Of a stretch of 64,000 nt of DNA, positions 31,331-40,826 are shown piece by piece. Position 1 is the first letter of the stretch, and each line of letters opens with the position of its first letter. A model generated the notes under the pieces. The model had not been told where the DNA came from, did no database searches, and saw nothing but the letters and a program-made list of their open reading frames with translations. This DNA is from an uncultured Anaerolineae bacterium (GTDB lineage: Bacteria > Chloroflexota > Anaerolineae > Anaerolineales > Villigracilaceae): contig CAILYI010000279.1 in NCBI GenBank assembly GCA_903838415.1, positions 11,270-75,269 of the forward strand, read 5' to 3'. The position numbers were made by a program, and so were the translations under genes.

Positions 31331-32371
31331 ATGCCTTACCATGTCTTGATAGTCGATGATCAGAAAGACGTCAGCCGGTTGCTGCGCTCTGCGTTGGAGA
31401 CCATTGAGCAGGGGTTGAAGGTTTCCGAGGCTCCTTCGGGTGAGGAAGCCATTCTTGAAGCAGGCCGTACCAAGGTGGATTTGTTGATCGCCGATTTTCG
31501 ACTTCCCGGCATCAATGGCGTGGAATTGACGAGAAAATTCCGTGCTCGCAACCCTGAGGGCAAAGTCATTTTGATTTCGGGGGTTTCTGATCCCAGGGTT
31601 TTGAAGGAAGTCGCCGAGTGCGGCGCTGATGCTTTTTTCTCGAAACCCGTCCCGATGAGTGATTTTTTGGATGCGGTTGAGCGCTGTCTAGGGCTTGCCC
31701 GCACCATCATAAACACCACCGGTGTTGATTCGGAACTGGAAGATCGCAAGGGCCTGGGCGATTTGCTGATTAACCTGCGCAAGGATTTAAACGCCCAATC
31801 TGTTTTGCTGCTCAATAATCAGGGGCAGGTCGTGGCGGAAGCCGGTCAACTGCCGGAGCCGCGTAACACTCCTGCCATGATTTCCGCGCTGCTGGGCATG
31901 TTTAATGCGGCGCAGAAAATTGCCAACCTGCTTGATCGCACTGAAAACCACCTGCACTTGTTCAACGGCGAATCCGCCGATGGGATTTTCCTGCCGATCG
32001 GGCCGGTGCATGCTCTTTTGCTGGCAGGCGAAGGCCTGGCAAATCCGAAAATGATGGCCACCCGGCTGGATTTGCTCTTTACCGCCCGGATTGAGTTGTT
32101 GAATGCGCTGAAAAGCATTGGCGTTACGGTGGAAGCTGAACAGGCCTCATCCAGCCTGCCGGTGGCCGTTGATGAGCCGCTGATTCCAGCGGAAGAATTG
32201 TCGCCAGATTTTTTGGATGTCTTGAATCAGGTTGGCAAAAAAACAGACGACGTCAACTCCTTTTGGGATAGCGCTATTGAAAAAGGTACGACTTTCACTG
32301 AACCTGATAAACTGACTTATGAACAAGCCTCGCGTTTGGGTCTGGCTCCAGACTCGGCGCAAGACAAATAG
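31331..32371 (+). CDS. Orphan response regulator: receiver domain fused to a Roadblock/LC7 (MglB)-like C-terminal region
   Basis: Receiver motifs 'LIVDDQ', 'DLLIADFRLPG', 'ILISG' and 'FFSKP'. The C-terminal 'AQSVLLLNNQGQVVAEAG...ISALLGMFNAA...LHLFNGE...IFLPIG..HALLLAGEG' resembles a Roadblock fold. That assignment is inference. Confidence 0.75.
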   Translation: MPYHVLIVDDQKDVSRLLRSALETIEQGLKVSEAPSGEEAILEAGRTKVDLLIADFRLPGINGVELTRKFRARNPEGKVILISGVSDPRVLKEVAECGADAFFSKPVPMSDFLDAVERCLGLARTIINTTGVDSELEDRKGLGDLLINLRKDLNAQSVLLLNNQGQVVAEAGQLPEPRNTPAMISALLGMFNAAQKIANLLDRTENHLHLFNGESADGIFLPIGPVHALLLAGEGLANPKMMATRLDLLFTARIELLNALKSIGVTVEAEQASSSLPVAVDEPLIPAEELSPDFLDVLNQVGKKTDDVNSFWDSAIEKGTTFTEPDKLTYEQASRLGLAPDSAQDK

Positions 32372-32395
32372 TGTGATAAAATCTCCCCCGCTTAT

Positions 32396-32466
32396 TGGGG
32401 TGTGGTGCAACGGCAGCACATCAGCCTTTGGAGCTGAGTATCTTGGTTCGAGTCCAGGCGCCCCAG
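32396..32466 (+). tRNA. tRNA-Gln (anticodon UUG)
   Basis: Manual cloverleaf. Acceptor TGGGGTG/CGCCCCA with U1-A72; D stem GTGC/GCAC; anticodon stem TCAGC/GCTGA with loop CT-TTG-GA. T arm CTTGG-TTCGAGT-CCAGG; discriminator G. CCA is not encoded. Confidence 0.9.
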
Positions 32467-32506
32467 CCTTTTGGATTATTGCCCTGTAAAGGGTGTACCA
32501 TATGAC

Positions 32507-32544
32507 AGGCTTTGCGCCCAAACGGGTGCAAGGCCTTTTTATTT
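32507..32544 (+). terminator. Intrinsic terminator downstream of tRNA-Gln
   Basis: 13-bp stem AGGCTTTGCGCCC/GGGTGCAAGGCCT with 2 G-U pairs and an AAAC loop, followed by TTTTTATTT. Confidence 0.75.
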
Positions 32545-32580
32545 CCCCTCTGCGGTTTTGATTGAGGGGCAGGAGATGAC

Positions 32581-33942
32581 ATGAAAGTCACAGTAGTCTT
32601 ACTTGCCGCTGGACAGGGCACGCGCATGAAGTCGGATTTGCCTAAAATGCTGCATCCCGTTTGCGGACAGCCGATCGTTTTTCACGCCCTGGCGGCCGCC
32701 AAAGCTGCCAGCACGGAAACGCCGGTTGTGGTGATCGGGCATGGTGCGGATGCGGTACGCAAAGCTTTGGGCCAGGCGGCTCGTTGCGTGGTACAGGAAC
32801 AGCAGCTCGGAACCGGTCACGCCGTTTTACAGGCCTCCTCCCTGCTGAAAGACCAAACCGATTATGTGCTGGTGACCTATGGCGATATGCCGCTTTTGCG
32901 CGCTGAAACGCTTCAAAAGCTGGTGGAAGTACAGCAAGCCAACCCGGGCCCTCTGACCATGCTGACCGTTGTCCACGACAATCCGCGCGGATTTGGGCGC
33001 GTGCTGCGCAAGGCGGATGGCACGGTGGCTGCGGTTGTCGAAGAATTTGTGGCCACGCCGGAGCAGCTGGCCATTAACGAACTGAACGTGGGCGCATATT
33101 GTTTCCGCGCCGATTGGCTGTGGCAGGCTTTGCAGCGTATCCAGGTTTCGCCAAAAGGTGAGTATTTCCTGACCGATACTGTGGAGTTGGCAGTCAAGGA
33201 TAATCTCCCGGTTCAAGCCATTTCCACTGATGATTTTTCCGAGACGATTGGCGTTAACACTCGCATTCATCTGGCGGAAGCTGAAGCGGCAATGCGCCTG
33301 CGTATTAATCAGCGCCACATGCTGGCGGGCGTCAGCTTCATCGACCCGGCCTCGACGTATATCGAAGCGGAAGTCAGCCTCGGGCGGGATACGGTCGTTT
33401 GGCCGAATACCTATCTGTTCGGGAAAACCTCCATCGGACAGAATTGTCAAATCGGGCCGAATTCCCACATCCGCGATACGATGATTGGAAACGGCTGCAC
33501 GGTGCTTATGTCCGTGTTGGAGGGCGCTGTGCTCGAAGATGATGTCGATATGGGGCCGTTTGCACGCCTGCGCAAGGGCGCGTATTTGTCCAAAGGCGTG
33601 CATATGGGCAATTTTGGCGAGGTGAAAGACTCCAGGCTGGGACCGGGCGTCAAAATGGGACATTTCTCTTATATTGGCAACGCCACCATCGGCGCGGAGA
33701 CCAATATCGGCGCGGGCACGATTACCTGCAATTTTGACGGCGAGATAAAACACCCCACCATCATTGGCGAGGGCGTGTTCATCGGTTCCGATACAATGCT
33801 GGTGGCTCCGGTCACGTTGGGCGATGGTGCGCGGACGGGCGCCGGTTCGGTGGTGACGCGGGATATCCCTGCCGATACGCTGGCGGTGGGCGTCCCGGCG
33901 CGGCCCATCAGACAATTGGAACGCAAACCCAAGAAAGATTAG
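32581..33942 (+). CDS. glmU: Bifunctional UDP-N-acetylglucosamine pyrophosphorylase / glucosamine-1-phosphate N-acetyltransferase
   Basis: The N-terminus is 'LLAAGQGTRMKSDLPKMLH'. The C-terminus carries hexapeptide repeats (LbH). Confidence 0.93.
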   Translation: MKVTVVLLAAGQGTRMKSDLPKMLHPVCGQPIVFHALAAAKAASTETPVVVIGHGADAVRKALGQAARCVVQEQQLGTGHAVLQASSLLKDQTDYVLVTYGDMPLLRAETLQKLVEVQQANPGPLTMLTVVHDNPRGFGRVLRKADGTVAAVVEEFVATPEQLAINELNVGAYCFRADWLWQALQRIQVSPKGEYFLTDTVELAVKDNLPVQAISTDDFSETIGVNTRIHLAEAEAAMRLRINQRHMLAGVSFIDPASTYIEAEVSLGRDTVVWPNTYLFGKTSIGQNCQIGPNSHIRDTMIGNGCTVLMSVLEGAVLEDDVDMGPFARLRKGAYLSKGVHMGNFGEVKDSRLGPGVKMGHFSYIGNATIGAETNIGAGTITCNFDGEIKHPTIIGEGVFIGSDTMLVAPVTLGDGARTGAGSVVTRDIPADTLAVGVPARPIRQLERKPKKD

Positions 33943-33985
33943 CCCCGGGCGCGGAATGCTCCGCGCCGTGTTTGGAAAGGTGTTT

Positions 33986-34399
33986 ATGAACAAAATCGCT
34001 GCTGACGAAGCCAAATTTCTGATTGACCTTGCCAACGAAGCCCGCCGCCGGGCCTATGTGCCTTATTCCAACTATGCGGTTGGCGCGGCGCTGCGCACCA
34101 AAAGCGGGCGCATTTTCACTGGCGTCAACGTGGAAAACGCCGCCTATCCCACCACGATGTGCGCCGAACGTGTGGCGATTTTCAAAGCCGTGTCTGAAGG
34201 CGAGCGCGAATTTGACGTGATTGCCGTCGTCACCTCCAATGGCGGCTCGCCCTGCGGCGGCTGCCGTCAGGTGATGGCCGAGTTTGGGCTGGATACGATC
34301 GTGCTGATCGGCAATGGCGAAGGAAAAATTCTCGACCAGACCACCGTCAATGGCCTGCTGCCCGGAGCGTTCACCCCGGCGCATCTTCCCAAGCCGTAG
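33986..34399 (+). CDS. cdd: Cytidine deaminase
   Basis: Zinc motifs 'CAERVAI' and 'PCGGCRQVM'. About 137 aa from the ATG at 33986. Confidence 0.9.
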   Translation: MNKIAADEAKFLIDLANEARRRAYVPYSNYAVGAALRTKSGRIFTGVNVENAAYPTTMCAERVAIFKAVSEGEREFDVIAVVTSNGGSPCGGCRQVMAEFGLDTIVLIGNGEGKILDQTTVNGLLPGAFTPAHLPKP

Positions 34400-34402
34400 C
34401 GC

Positions 34403-34888
34403 ATGCCACACATCACCTATATTGCGCTGGGTACCAACCTGGGCGACCGCCTCGAAAATTTGCGCGCCGCGTTGGTGGACTTTGCGCCTGAAATTCAAGT
34501 GTTGGATGAATCTCCCGTTTACGAGACGGAACCCTGGGGATATGCTGATCAACCTCCGTTTCTGAACATGGTCGTCCGCGCTCAAACGGAATTATCTCCC
34601 CGCGGCCTGCTTGACCGTTTAAAAGAGATCGAATCCACGCTGGGACGGGTGCCTTCCTTTCGCTACGGGCCGCGTCAGATTGACCTCGACATTCTCTTTT
34701 ACGACGAGCTCGTCCTCGATAGCGAATCACTCGTCGTCCCGCACCCGCGCCTGCACGAACGGGCTTTTGTGCTGGTGCCGCTGGCCTCGATTGCCCCGGC
34801 GTTGCTACATCCGCGGCTGGGCCTGAGCGTGGCGCAGCTGCTCGAAACAGTGGACCGGCGCGGGGTGAGCGTTTTTCAGTCCGTTTAA
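34403..34888 (+). CDS. folK: 2-amino-4-hydroxy-6-hydroxymethyldihydropteridine diphosphokinase (HPPK)
   Basis: Contains 'YIALGTNLGDR', 'SPVYETEPWGY', 'RYGPRQIDLDIL' and 'PHPRLHERAFVLVPL'. Confidence 0.93.
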   Translation: MPHITYIALGTNLGDRLENLRAALVDFAPEIQVLDESPVYETEPWGYADQPPFLNMVVRAQTELSPRGLLDRLKEIESTLGRVPSFRYGPRQIDLDILFYDELVLDSESLVVPHPRLHERAFVLVPLASIAPALLHPRLGLSVAQLLETVDRRGVSVFQSV

Positions 34889-34987
34889 CCGGAGAAATGT
34901 GACTGCGCTGTCTGCCTCGATTTCGCGCTGTCCGCTCCCGAATCCCTTTTCAGTTATAATGATGGCAAGCGCAAACTGGAGGTTCAA

Positions 34988-35407
34988 ATGGATGAATTGA
35001 AACCACTCAATTGGAAGCAGAAGCCCGGCGTCGGCTATTCGGTGGCTCGCCGCGCGGATGGCGGCATGAATTTGACGTTTACTGATCTTTCGGATGCGAC
35101 CATTGCCGATTGGCGTGAGTTTGCTTTTGAGCATTTGATGGGATCGGATCGCCTGACCCGCAATCTGTATGACCTGCGGGATGTCAGCAATATTCACGAA
35201 AAAGCCATCAAAATGGCGGTGGAAGTCAACAGCGATCCTTCCACGCGCAACCTGCGTGTGGCGGTGTTGGTGGCTTCGGAAGATGCGCGCCAGGCCATCA
35301 TGAATGTGGCGGCGGGTGCGGTGGGCAGCGGTGCGGCCATCCGTATTTTTACGAGCATGGCCGAAGCTGAAACCTGGCTAATGAAATCGATGGAGCAGTT
35401 TTTGTAA
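34988..35407 (+). CDS. Hypothetical protein (139 aa) embedded between folK and folP; possibly a SpoIIAA/STAS-like fold
   Basis: GGAGG SD is present, and the stop abuts the folP start (TAAATG). No recognizable catalytic motif. Confidence 0.6.
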   Translation: MDELKPLNWKQKPGVGYSVARRADGGMNLTFTDLSDATIADWREFAFEHLMGSDRLTRNLYDLRDVSNIHEKAIKMAVEVNSDPSTRNLRVAVLVASEDARQAIMNVAAGAVGSGAAIRIFTSMAEAETWLMKSMEQFL

Positions 35408-36286
35408 ATGGCTGCGCTGTCCATTGGTTCGAAAACGTTTGAATGGGGTGCCCGCACAATTGTGATGGGCATCCTTAATATTACGCCGGATAGTTTTTCG
35501 GGCGACGGCTTGCTGACTTCAACTTCTCAGCGCGATGAAGCTGCTTTGGATCAGGCGCGGCGCTTTCTGGCGGCTGGCGCCGATATTCTGGATGTGGGCG
35601 GTGAATCCACTCGCCCCGGCTCGCAGCTGGTCAGCGCGGACGAGGAACTGGAGCGGGTCATCCCGGTCATTTCTGCGCTGAGACAGGAATTCCCCGACGC
35701 GCTCATTTCGGTCGATACCTATAAGGCGGACGTGGCTGAAGCGGCCCTGCGGGCGGGCGCGCACATGCTCAACGATGTGTGGGGCTTGCGCGCGGATCCG
35801 CGCCTGGCGGAAGTGGTGGCCCACAGCGGCGCGCCGGTGGTGCTGATGCATAATCGCAGCAAACCGTCCAACGCGCAAATCGAGACCAACCTGGGCGGGC
35901 GCTATGTGGGCATGGAATATGTCAACCTGCTGGAAGATGTCAAAAACGAATTACTTGAATCGGTGGCGCTCGCCCGAAAGGCTGGCATCCCCGCTGAGAA
36001 AATTATCCTTGACCCGGGCATTGGGTTTGGCAAAACCGTCGAACAAAACCTGGAACTGCTTAACCGGCTGGGCGAAATCTGCGCGCTGGGCTTTCCCATT
36101 TTGCTGGGGCCTTCGCGCAAATCGTTCATCGGATATACCTTGAACTTGCCTCCCGATCAGCGCGTGGAAGGCACCGCCGCGGCGGTTTCTGTTGGCATTG
36201 TGCGCGGGGCGGATATTATCCGCGTGCATGATGTCGAAATGATGACGCGCGTGGCGCGCATGACGGACGCCATTGTGCGTCACTGA
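35408..36286 (+). CDS. folP: Dihydropteroate synthase
   Basis: Contains 'MGILNITPDSFSGDG', 'DVGGESTRPG' and 'GPSRKSFIG'. Confidence 0.93.
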   Translation: MAALSIGSKTFEWGARTIVMGILNITPDSFSGDGLLTSTSQRDEAALDQARRFLAAGADILDVGGESTRPGSQLVSADEELERVIPVISALRQEFPDALISVDTYKADVAEAALRAGAHMLNDVWGLRADPRLAEVVAHSGAPVVLMHNRSKPSNAQIETNLGGRYVGMEYVNLLEDVKNELLESVALARKAGIPAEKIILDPGIGFGKTVEQNLELLNRLGEICALGFPILLGPSRKSFIGYTLNLPPDQRVEGTAAAVSVGIVRGADIIRVHDVEMMTRVARMTDAIVRH

Positions 36287-36294
36287 ACAGGCTG

Positions 36295-37563
36295 ATGATG
36301 TCATCCGATTACGATAATAAACTCTTGCGCGAAGCGATCATGAATATCCGGGCCAAAGATTTCAGCCTGGCGCGCCGCTATCTGGAACGCGCGCTCGATA
36401 TTGCGGATGATCGTGAGACGCTGACCTGGGCCAATTATTGGATGAGCCAGATCAGCGACGATCCTCTGGAGAAGCGCAAATATCTCGAAGAAGCGGTTGC
36501 CAACGATCCGACTCATCCCGAGGCGCGCAAAGCGCTGGCCATTATGAACGGCCAACTCAAGCCGGAAGAAATCGTCGACCCGAATGCTCTGCCCGTCCAG
36601 CCCACAGAAACGCAGGGCGCCAAAGCGGACCGCTTCACCTGTCCCAAATGCGGCGGGCGCATGGTCTTTGATGGCGATGGGCGCACGCTGCTGTGTGAAC
36701 ACTGTGCCCGCAATCAGCCCCTGGATCGTTCCGCGCCGCAGTTTGAGCAGGATTTTGTGCTGGCGATGGCGACCGGCAAGGGACATCGCGCGCCGGTGGC
36801 GGTGAAGACCTTTAACTGTCAGGGCTGCGGAGCGCAGTTCATCCTGCCGCCGCTGGAAATTTCCTGTGTCTGCGCTTATTGTGGTTCGGCGCATGTCGTT
36901 ATCGCGACAAAAGAACTCGTTGAACCGGATTCGATTATTCCAATGGCGTTTAATCAGCGCCAGGCGGCGACCTTGCTGGTGGAGTGGGTCGAAAAACAAA
37001 AAATCACGCCCGAAGGAAAAGTCCAGGCGCCGCGCGGAATGTACCTGCCGGTCTGGACTTTTGACATGATGGGCATCGTTCCCTGGAATGGCGTCATCGA
37101 GCGCAGGGATCAGAATGAGCCTATCTCAGGCGAAAAAAACGTCAGCTATGACGATCTCGCCGTCCCTGGCGCGTCCAAACTGGCGGACTTGCTGCCCAAG
37201 ATTATGCCCGGTTTCGATACTTCCAGCGCTGCGGCGTATGATCCGCGCTACCTGGCCGGTTGGCCTGCTGAAGTGTACGACCTGCTCATGTCTGACGCTT
37301 CGCTGGAAGCCCGCCAACAGGCGGCTCAACGCGTGCGCCACGAGATTCAATCTGACATGCGGAATGTCAGCGATTTGAGTTATAGCACCTCCAACCTGTC
37401 GATTCTGTCGTTCAAACTGGTGCTGATTCCGCTGTGGGTCACCACGTATCCACTCGGCGGGCGCGATTTCCGCGTCATCATCAATGGACAGACCGGCGCC
37501 GTCTACGGTGAAACCAACAAACAGGGGCTTAAGGGCTGGTTGGAAGAACTCCTGGGTAGCTGA
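36295..37563 (+). CDS. Hypothetical protein: N-terminal TPR-like helices, two zinc-ribbon motifs, conserved C-terminal beta-rich domain
   Basis: Contains 'CPKCGGRMVFDGDGRTLLCEHC' and 'CQGCGAQF...CVCAYCGS'. The C-terminus is 'LIPLWVTTY..GGRDFRVIINGQTGAVYGE'. Confidence 0.7.
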   Translation: MMSSDYDNKLLREAIMNIRAKDFSLARRYLERALDIADDRETLTWANYWMSQISDDPLEKRKYLEEAVANDPTHPEARKALAIMNGQLKPEEIVDPNALPVQPTETQGAKADRFTCPKCGGRMVFDGDGRTLLCEHCARNQPLDRSAPQFEQDFVLAMATGKGHRAPVAVKTFNCQGCGAQFILPPLEISCVCAYCGSAHVVIATKELVEPDSIIPMAFNQRQAATLLVEWVEKQKITPEGKVQAPRGMYLPVWTFDMMGIVPWNGVIERRDQNEPISGEKNVSYDDLAVPGASKLADLLPKIMPGFDTSSAAAYDPRYLAGWPAEVYDLLMSDASLEARQQAAQRVRHEIQSDMRNVSDLSYSTSNLSILSFKLVLIPLWVTTYPLGGRDFRVIINGQTGAVYGETNKQGLKGWLEELLGS

Positions 37564-37575
37564 TACAATAAAAGC

Positions 37576-40086
37576 ATGTCCGCCCTTCCACTTCTGCGCC
37601 GACGCCGCGAGCGCCGTAACGATCAGCGTCAGCGTTCACAAAGCCGCCTGACGCGCAGCCTGCTCGGCGCAGGCTTGATAGTGGCCGTCTTTCTGGGCGC
37701 GCTGATCATTGGCGGGACTTTTGCGTATGCCTCCGTCACCGCCGACCTGCCTTCGCTCGACCAACTCCCCGTTTTGCTCAATCCGACCACTGGCAGCCTG
37801 CTCCAGCCGACGCGCGTCTATGACCGCACCGGCACGCATCTGTTGACCGTGCTGGCGCCACAGGATGCGCAGCGCAGCTATCTGCCCATCGATCCCCAAT
37901 CTGCCGAACATTTGCCCGATACCCTGGTCCACGCCACGCTGGCGCTGATGGATCCCGGTTTCTGGAGTCATCCCGGGTTCCTACTGGACGGACTCGGCAA
38001 TCCTGACGCCCATCCCACCCTGGCGCAAAAACTGGCCGTCGACCTGCTGTTGTGGAATGAACCGGCCAGCCTGCGCCGTGCCATGCGTGAGCGCATTCTG
38101 GCCGCGCAGATGACTTCCCGTTTTGGGCGCGAGCAGGTGTTGGAGTGGTATCTCAACAGCGCCAACTACGGCCATTTTGCCTATGGCGCCGAGAGCGCCG
38201 CGCGCCTGTACTTTGGCAAACCGGTCACGCAGATTAACCTGGCCGAGGCCGCATTGCTGGCCTCCGTCAACGAATCTCCGGCCATCAATCCGTTGGATGC
38301 GCCGCAGGCCGCTTTGCAGCGCGGGCAGGAGGCGCTCAACCGCATCCAGGCGCGCGGACTGGCTTCTGCGGATGAGATCAACCTGGCCCATTTTGTTTCG
38401 ATCAGCTTTCAGCCGCAGCCGCAGCCGTCCAACCTGGCGCCGACTTTTACGGCGCTGGTGCTTTCGCAGCTTGAAAACCGCTTCAACCGAGCGCGCGCCG
38501 AGCGCGGCGGCATGTTGGTGTTGACCACGCTTGATTTTGACCTTCAGCGCCGCGCCACCTGCGCCGTCCAGACTCAGCTCGTGCGCCTGAATGGCGCCGA
38601 CTCGCAGCCCTGCGAAGGCGCGGGCGCCCTGCCGCCTCTGCCGCCCGGCCAGAACGCGCCGAATGCCGCCGCCAGCGCCGTAGTGCTCGATCCACGCAGC
38701 GGGCAGGTGTTGGCGTTGATTGGGGATATTAAGGAAAGTGGGACGGAATCGGCCTTTTTGACACCGCATCGCCCCGGAACTTTGCTGACGCCTTTTGTGT
38801 ACCTGGCCGGATTTACCCGCGGCCTGTCTCCCGCCACACTGACTTGGGACATCCCGCCAGCGGATTCCGCTGCCCCGGCCAGCGACGGCGCGTATCATGG
38901 CCCGCTGCGTCTGCGGGAGGCTTTCGCCAACGATACGCTGGGGCCCACCACGCAGGTCTTTGACCAAATGGGCGCGGCGCTTGTCCAACAAACGCTGTCA
39001 TCTTTCGGGTTGGATCTGCCCGCCGCCAGCTTGAATGCGTTGGTCGAAACGGAAAACCGCTACTCGGTCATCCAAATGGCCCGCTTGTACGGAGTCTTCG
39101 CCGCCCAGGGCACGCTGATTGGACAGGCTTCCGCCGAAGGTATGCTTCCATCCGCACTTTTGGCGCTGCGCGGCGCGGACGGCACTTCCTACGCCGATTG
39201 GAGCGTCCCGGCCTCTGAACAGATTGTCAGCGGACAACTGGCTTACCTGGTGACGGATGTCTTGAGCGGTCAGCGCCCCAATCTGCCCGATTTGGGGCGG
39301 CCCGTGGCGATCAAGCCCGCGCTGACGCTGGATGGCGCCGACACCTGGGCGGCGGGCTACACTCCGCATCGCGTGGTGGTGGTCTGGATGGGCGGCGAGG
39401 GCCTGTCGCAGCGCCCGGTGACCGGACTCTGGTCGGCGCTGATGCAATCTGCCAGCCTGGATGTGCCGCCCGATGGCTGGCCGCTGCCGGTTGGCATGCT
39501 GCGCCTGAAAGTATGCAACCCATCCGGCCTGCTGCCAACCGAGGCCTGTCCCAACCTGGTGGACGAGGTTTTTATCGAAGGCTATCAGCCGGTTCAGGCT
39601 GATACGCTGTTTCGCTCCTATGCCATCAACCGCGAAACCGGCTTTCTGGCGACGATTTTTACGCCGCCGCAGCTGGTGGAGAAACGCGTTTTCATGCTGG
39701 TGCCGCCTGAAGCGCAGACTTGGGCCCGGGCCGCCAATTTGCCGGTTCCACCCACGCAATACGACACGCTTCAGCCGCCGCCCGTCAACGCGGATGTGAA
39801 TATCAGCTCTCCGGCCATGTTTGCCGCGCTGAAGGGCAAAGTCAGCATCCAGGGCACGGCGGGTGGCGCGGATTTTGCGTATTATCGTTTGCAGTATGGC
39901 CAGGGATTAAATCCGGAGGCCTGGGTGCTGATCGGCACGGATATGAAAAAGCCCGTCAACGGCGGCGCGCTCTCAGAATGGGAGACGGCCGGGTTGCAGG
40001 GCTTGTATTCTTTGCAATTGATGGTCGTGCGGGGGGATAACACGATCGCCACATCCACGGTGCAGGTGACGATCGATCAGCCTTAA
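37576..40086 (+). CDS. Class A penicillin-binding-protein homolog (GT51 + transpeptidase fold) with degenerate catalytic motifs and a C-terminal extension
   Basis: N-terminal TM anchor. GT51-like 'RERILAAQMTSRFGREQVLEWYLN...YFGK'. The transpeptidase context 'HRPGTLLTPFVYLAG' has TLLT where SxxK is expected. Confidence 0.8.
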   Translation: MSALPLLRRRRERRNDQRQRSQSRLTRSLLGAGLIVAVFLGALIIGGTFAYASVTADLPSLDQLPVLLNPTTGSLLQPTRVYDRTGTHLLTVLAPQDAQRSYLPIDPQSAEHLPDTLVHATLALMDPGFWSHPGFLLDGLGNPDAHPTLAQKLAVDLLLWNEPASLRRAMRERILAAQMTSRFGREQVLEWYLNSANYGHFAYGAESAARLYFGKPVTQINLAEAALLASVNESPAINPLDAPQAALQRGQEALNRIQARGLASADEINLAHFVSISFQPQPQPSNLAPTFTALVLSQLENRFNRARAERGGMLVLTTLDFDLQRRATCAVQTQLVRLNGADSQPCEGAGALPPLPPGQNAPNAAASAVVLDPRSGQVLALIGDIKESGTESAFLTPHRPGTLLTPFVYLAGFTRGLSPATLTWDIPPADSAAPASDGAYHGPLRLREAFANDTLGPTTQVFDQMGAALVQQTLSSFGLDLPAASLNALVETENRYSVIQMARLYGVFAAQGTLIGQASAEGMLPSALLALRGADGTSYADWSVPASEQIVSGQLAYLVTDVLSGQRPNLPDLGRPVAIKPALTLDGADTWAAGYTPHRVVVVWMGGEGLSQRPVTGLWSALMQSASLDVPPDGWPLPVGMLRLKVCNPSGLLPTEACPNLVDEVFIEGYQPVQADTLFRSYAINRETGFLATIFTPPQLVEKRVFMLVPPEAQTWARAANLPVPPTQYDTLQPPPVNADVNISSPAMFAALKGKVSIQGTAGGADFAYYRLQYGQGLNPEAWVLIGTDMKKPVNGGALSEWETAGLQGLYSLQLMVVRGDNTIATSTVQVTIDQP

Positions 40087-40090
40087 TCGC

Positions 40091-40723
40091 CTACTGCGGA
40101 TTTTCTGCCAGCGCGGCAGTCATGCCCAACCCAATGTAAATCAGCCCAACCACATAGCGTTCCGCCTGCCAGACCTTGCGCTGGGATTTCAGCCATTGTC
40201 CCGCGGAACTGGCTAGCAGGGCATACATGCCGTCGCTCACGATGGCCATCAAAACGAACAGCACGCCCAACGACAGCAGCTGCAGGCTAATCTGTCCCTT
40301 GCTGTGGTCGACGAACTGCGGCAGGAAAGCCAGGAAAAACAGCGCGGTTTTCGGGTTGAGCACCGCGACCGTCACGCCCTGTGAAAAAATCCGTTTCAGG
40401 CTTTGCGGCTCGACCTTGGTCTCTTGCAGTGCACTTTCGCGTGAAAACAGTTTACGCACTCCAAGATACACCAAGTAAGCCGCGCCGAGATATTTAACCA
40501 CGCTGAAAGCGGTCGCGGAGGAGAACAACAGCGCCGAAAGCCCGATGGCGGCGGCCAGCGCATGGAAAAAGTTGCCCACTTCCACACTTAAGACCGAAAC
40601 CAGACCGGCCACACGGCCCTGGTCGACACTGCGGGCGATGATGTAGAGCACCGCCGGGCCGGGGGTAAGTAACAGTACAATCGAAGCAAAGATGAAAATG
40701 GGAAGTTTATCGAGGTTTAGCAT
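40091..40723 (-). CDS. LysE/RhtB-family amino-acid exporter
   Basis: 'IFASIVLLLTPGPAVLYI' at the N-terminus and a six-TM profile. Confidence 0.85.
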   Translation of the reverse strand: MLNLDKLPIFIFASIVLLLTPGPAVLYIIARSVDQGRVAGLVSVLSVEVGNFFHALAAAIGLSALLFSSATAFSVVKYLGAAYLVYLGVRKLFSRESALQETKVEPQSLKRIFSQGVTVAVLNPKTALFFLAFLPQFVDHSKGQISLQLLSLGVLFVLMAIVSDGMYALLASSAGQWLKSQRKVWQAERYVVGLIYIGLGMTAALAENPQ

Positions 40724-40826
40724 GGCGTATTCCAGTTGAGGGGTTTGGGATGGGAAACATAGAGAATACATTACTCCAAATTTTTGCTGATTTCAAGTGC
40801 CAGTTTTTCAGGAAACGGCTGTGCCG

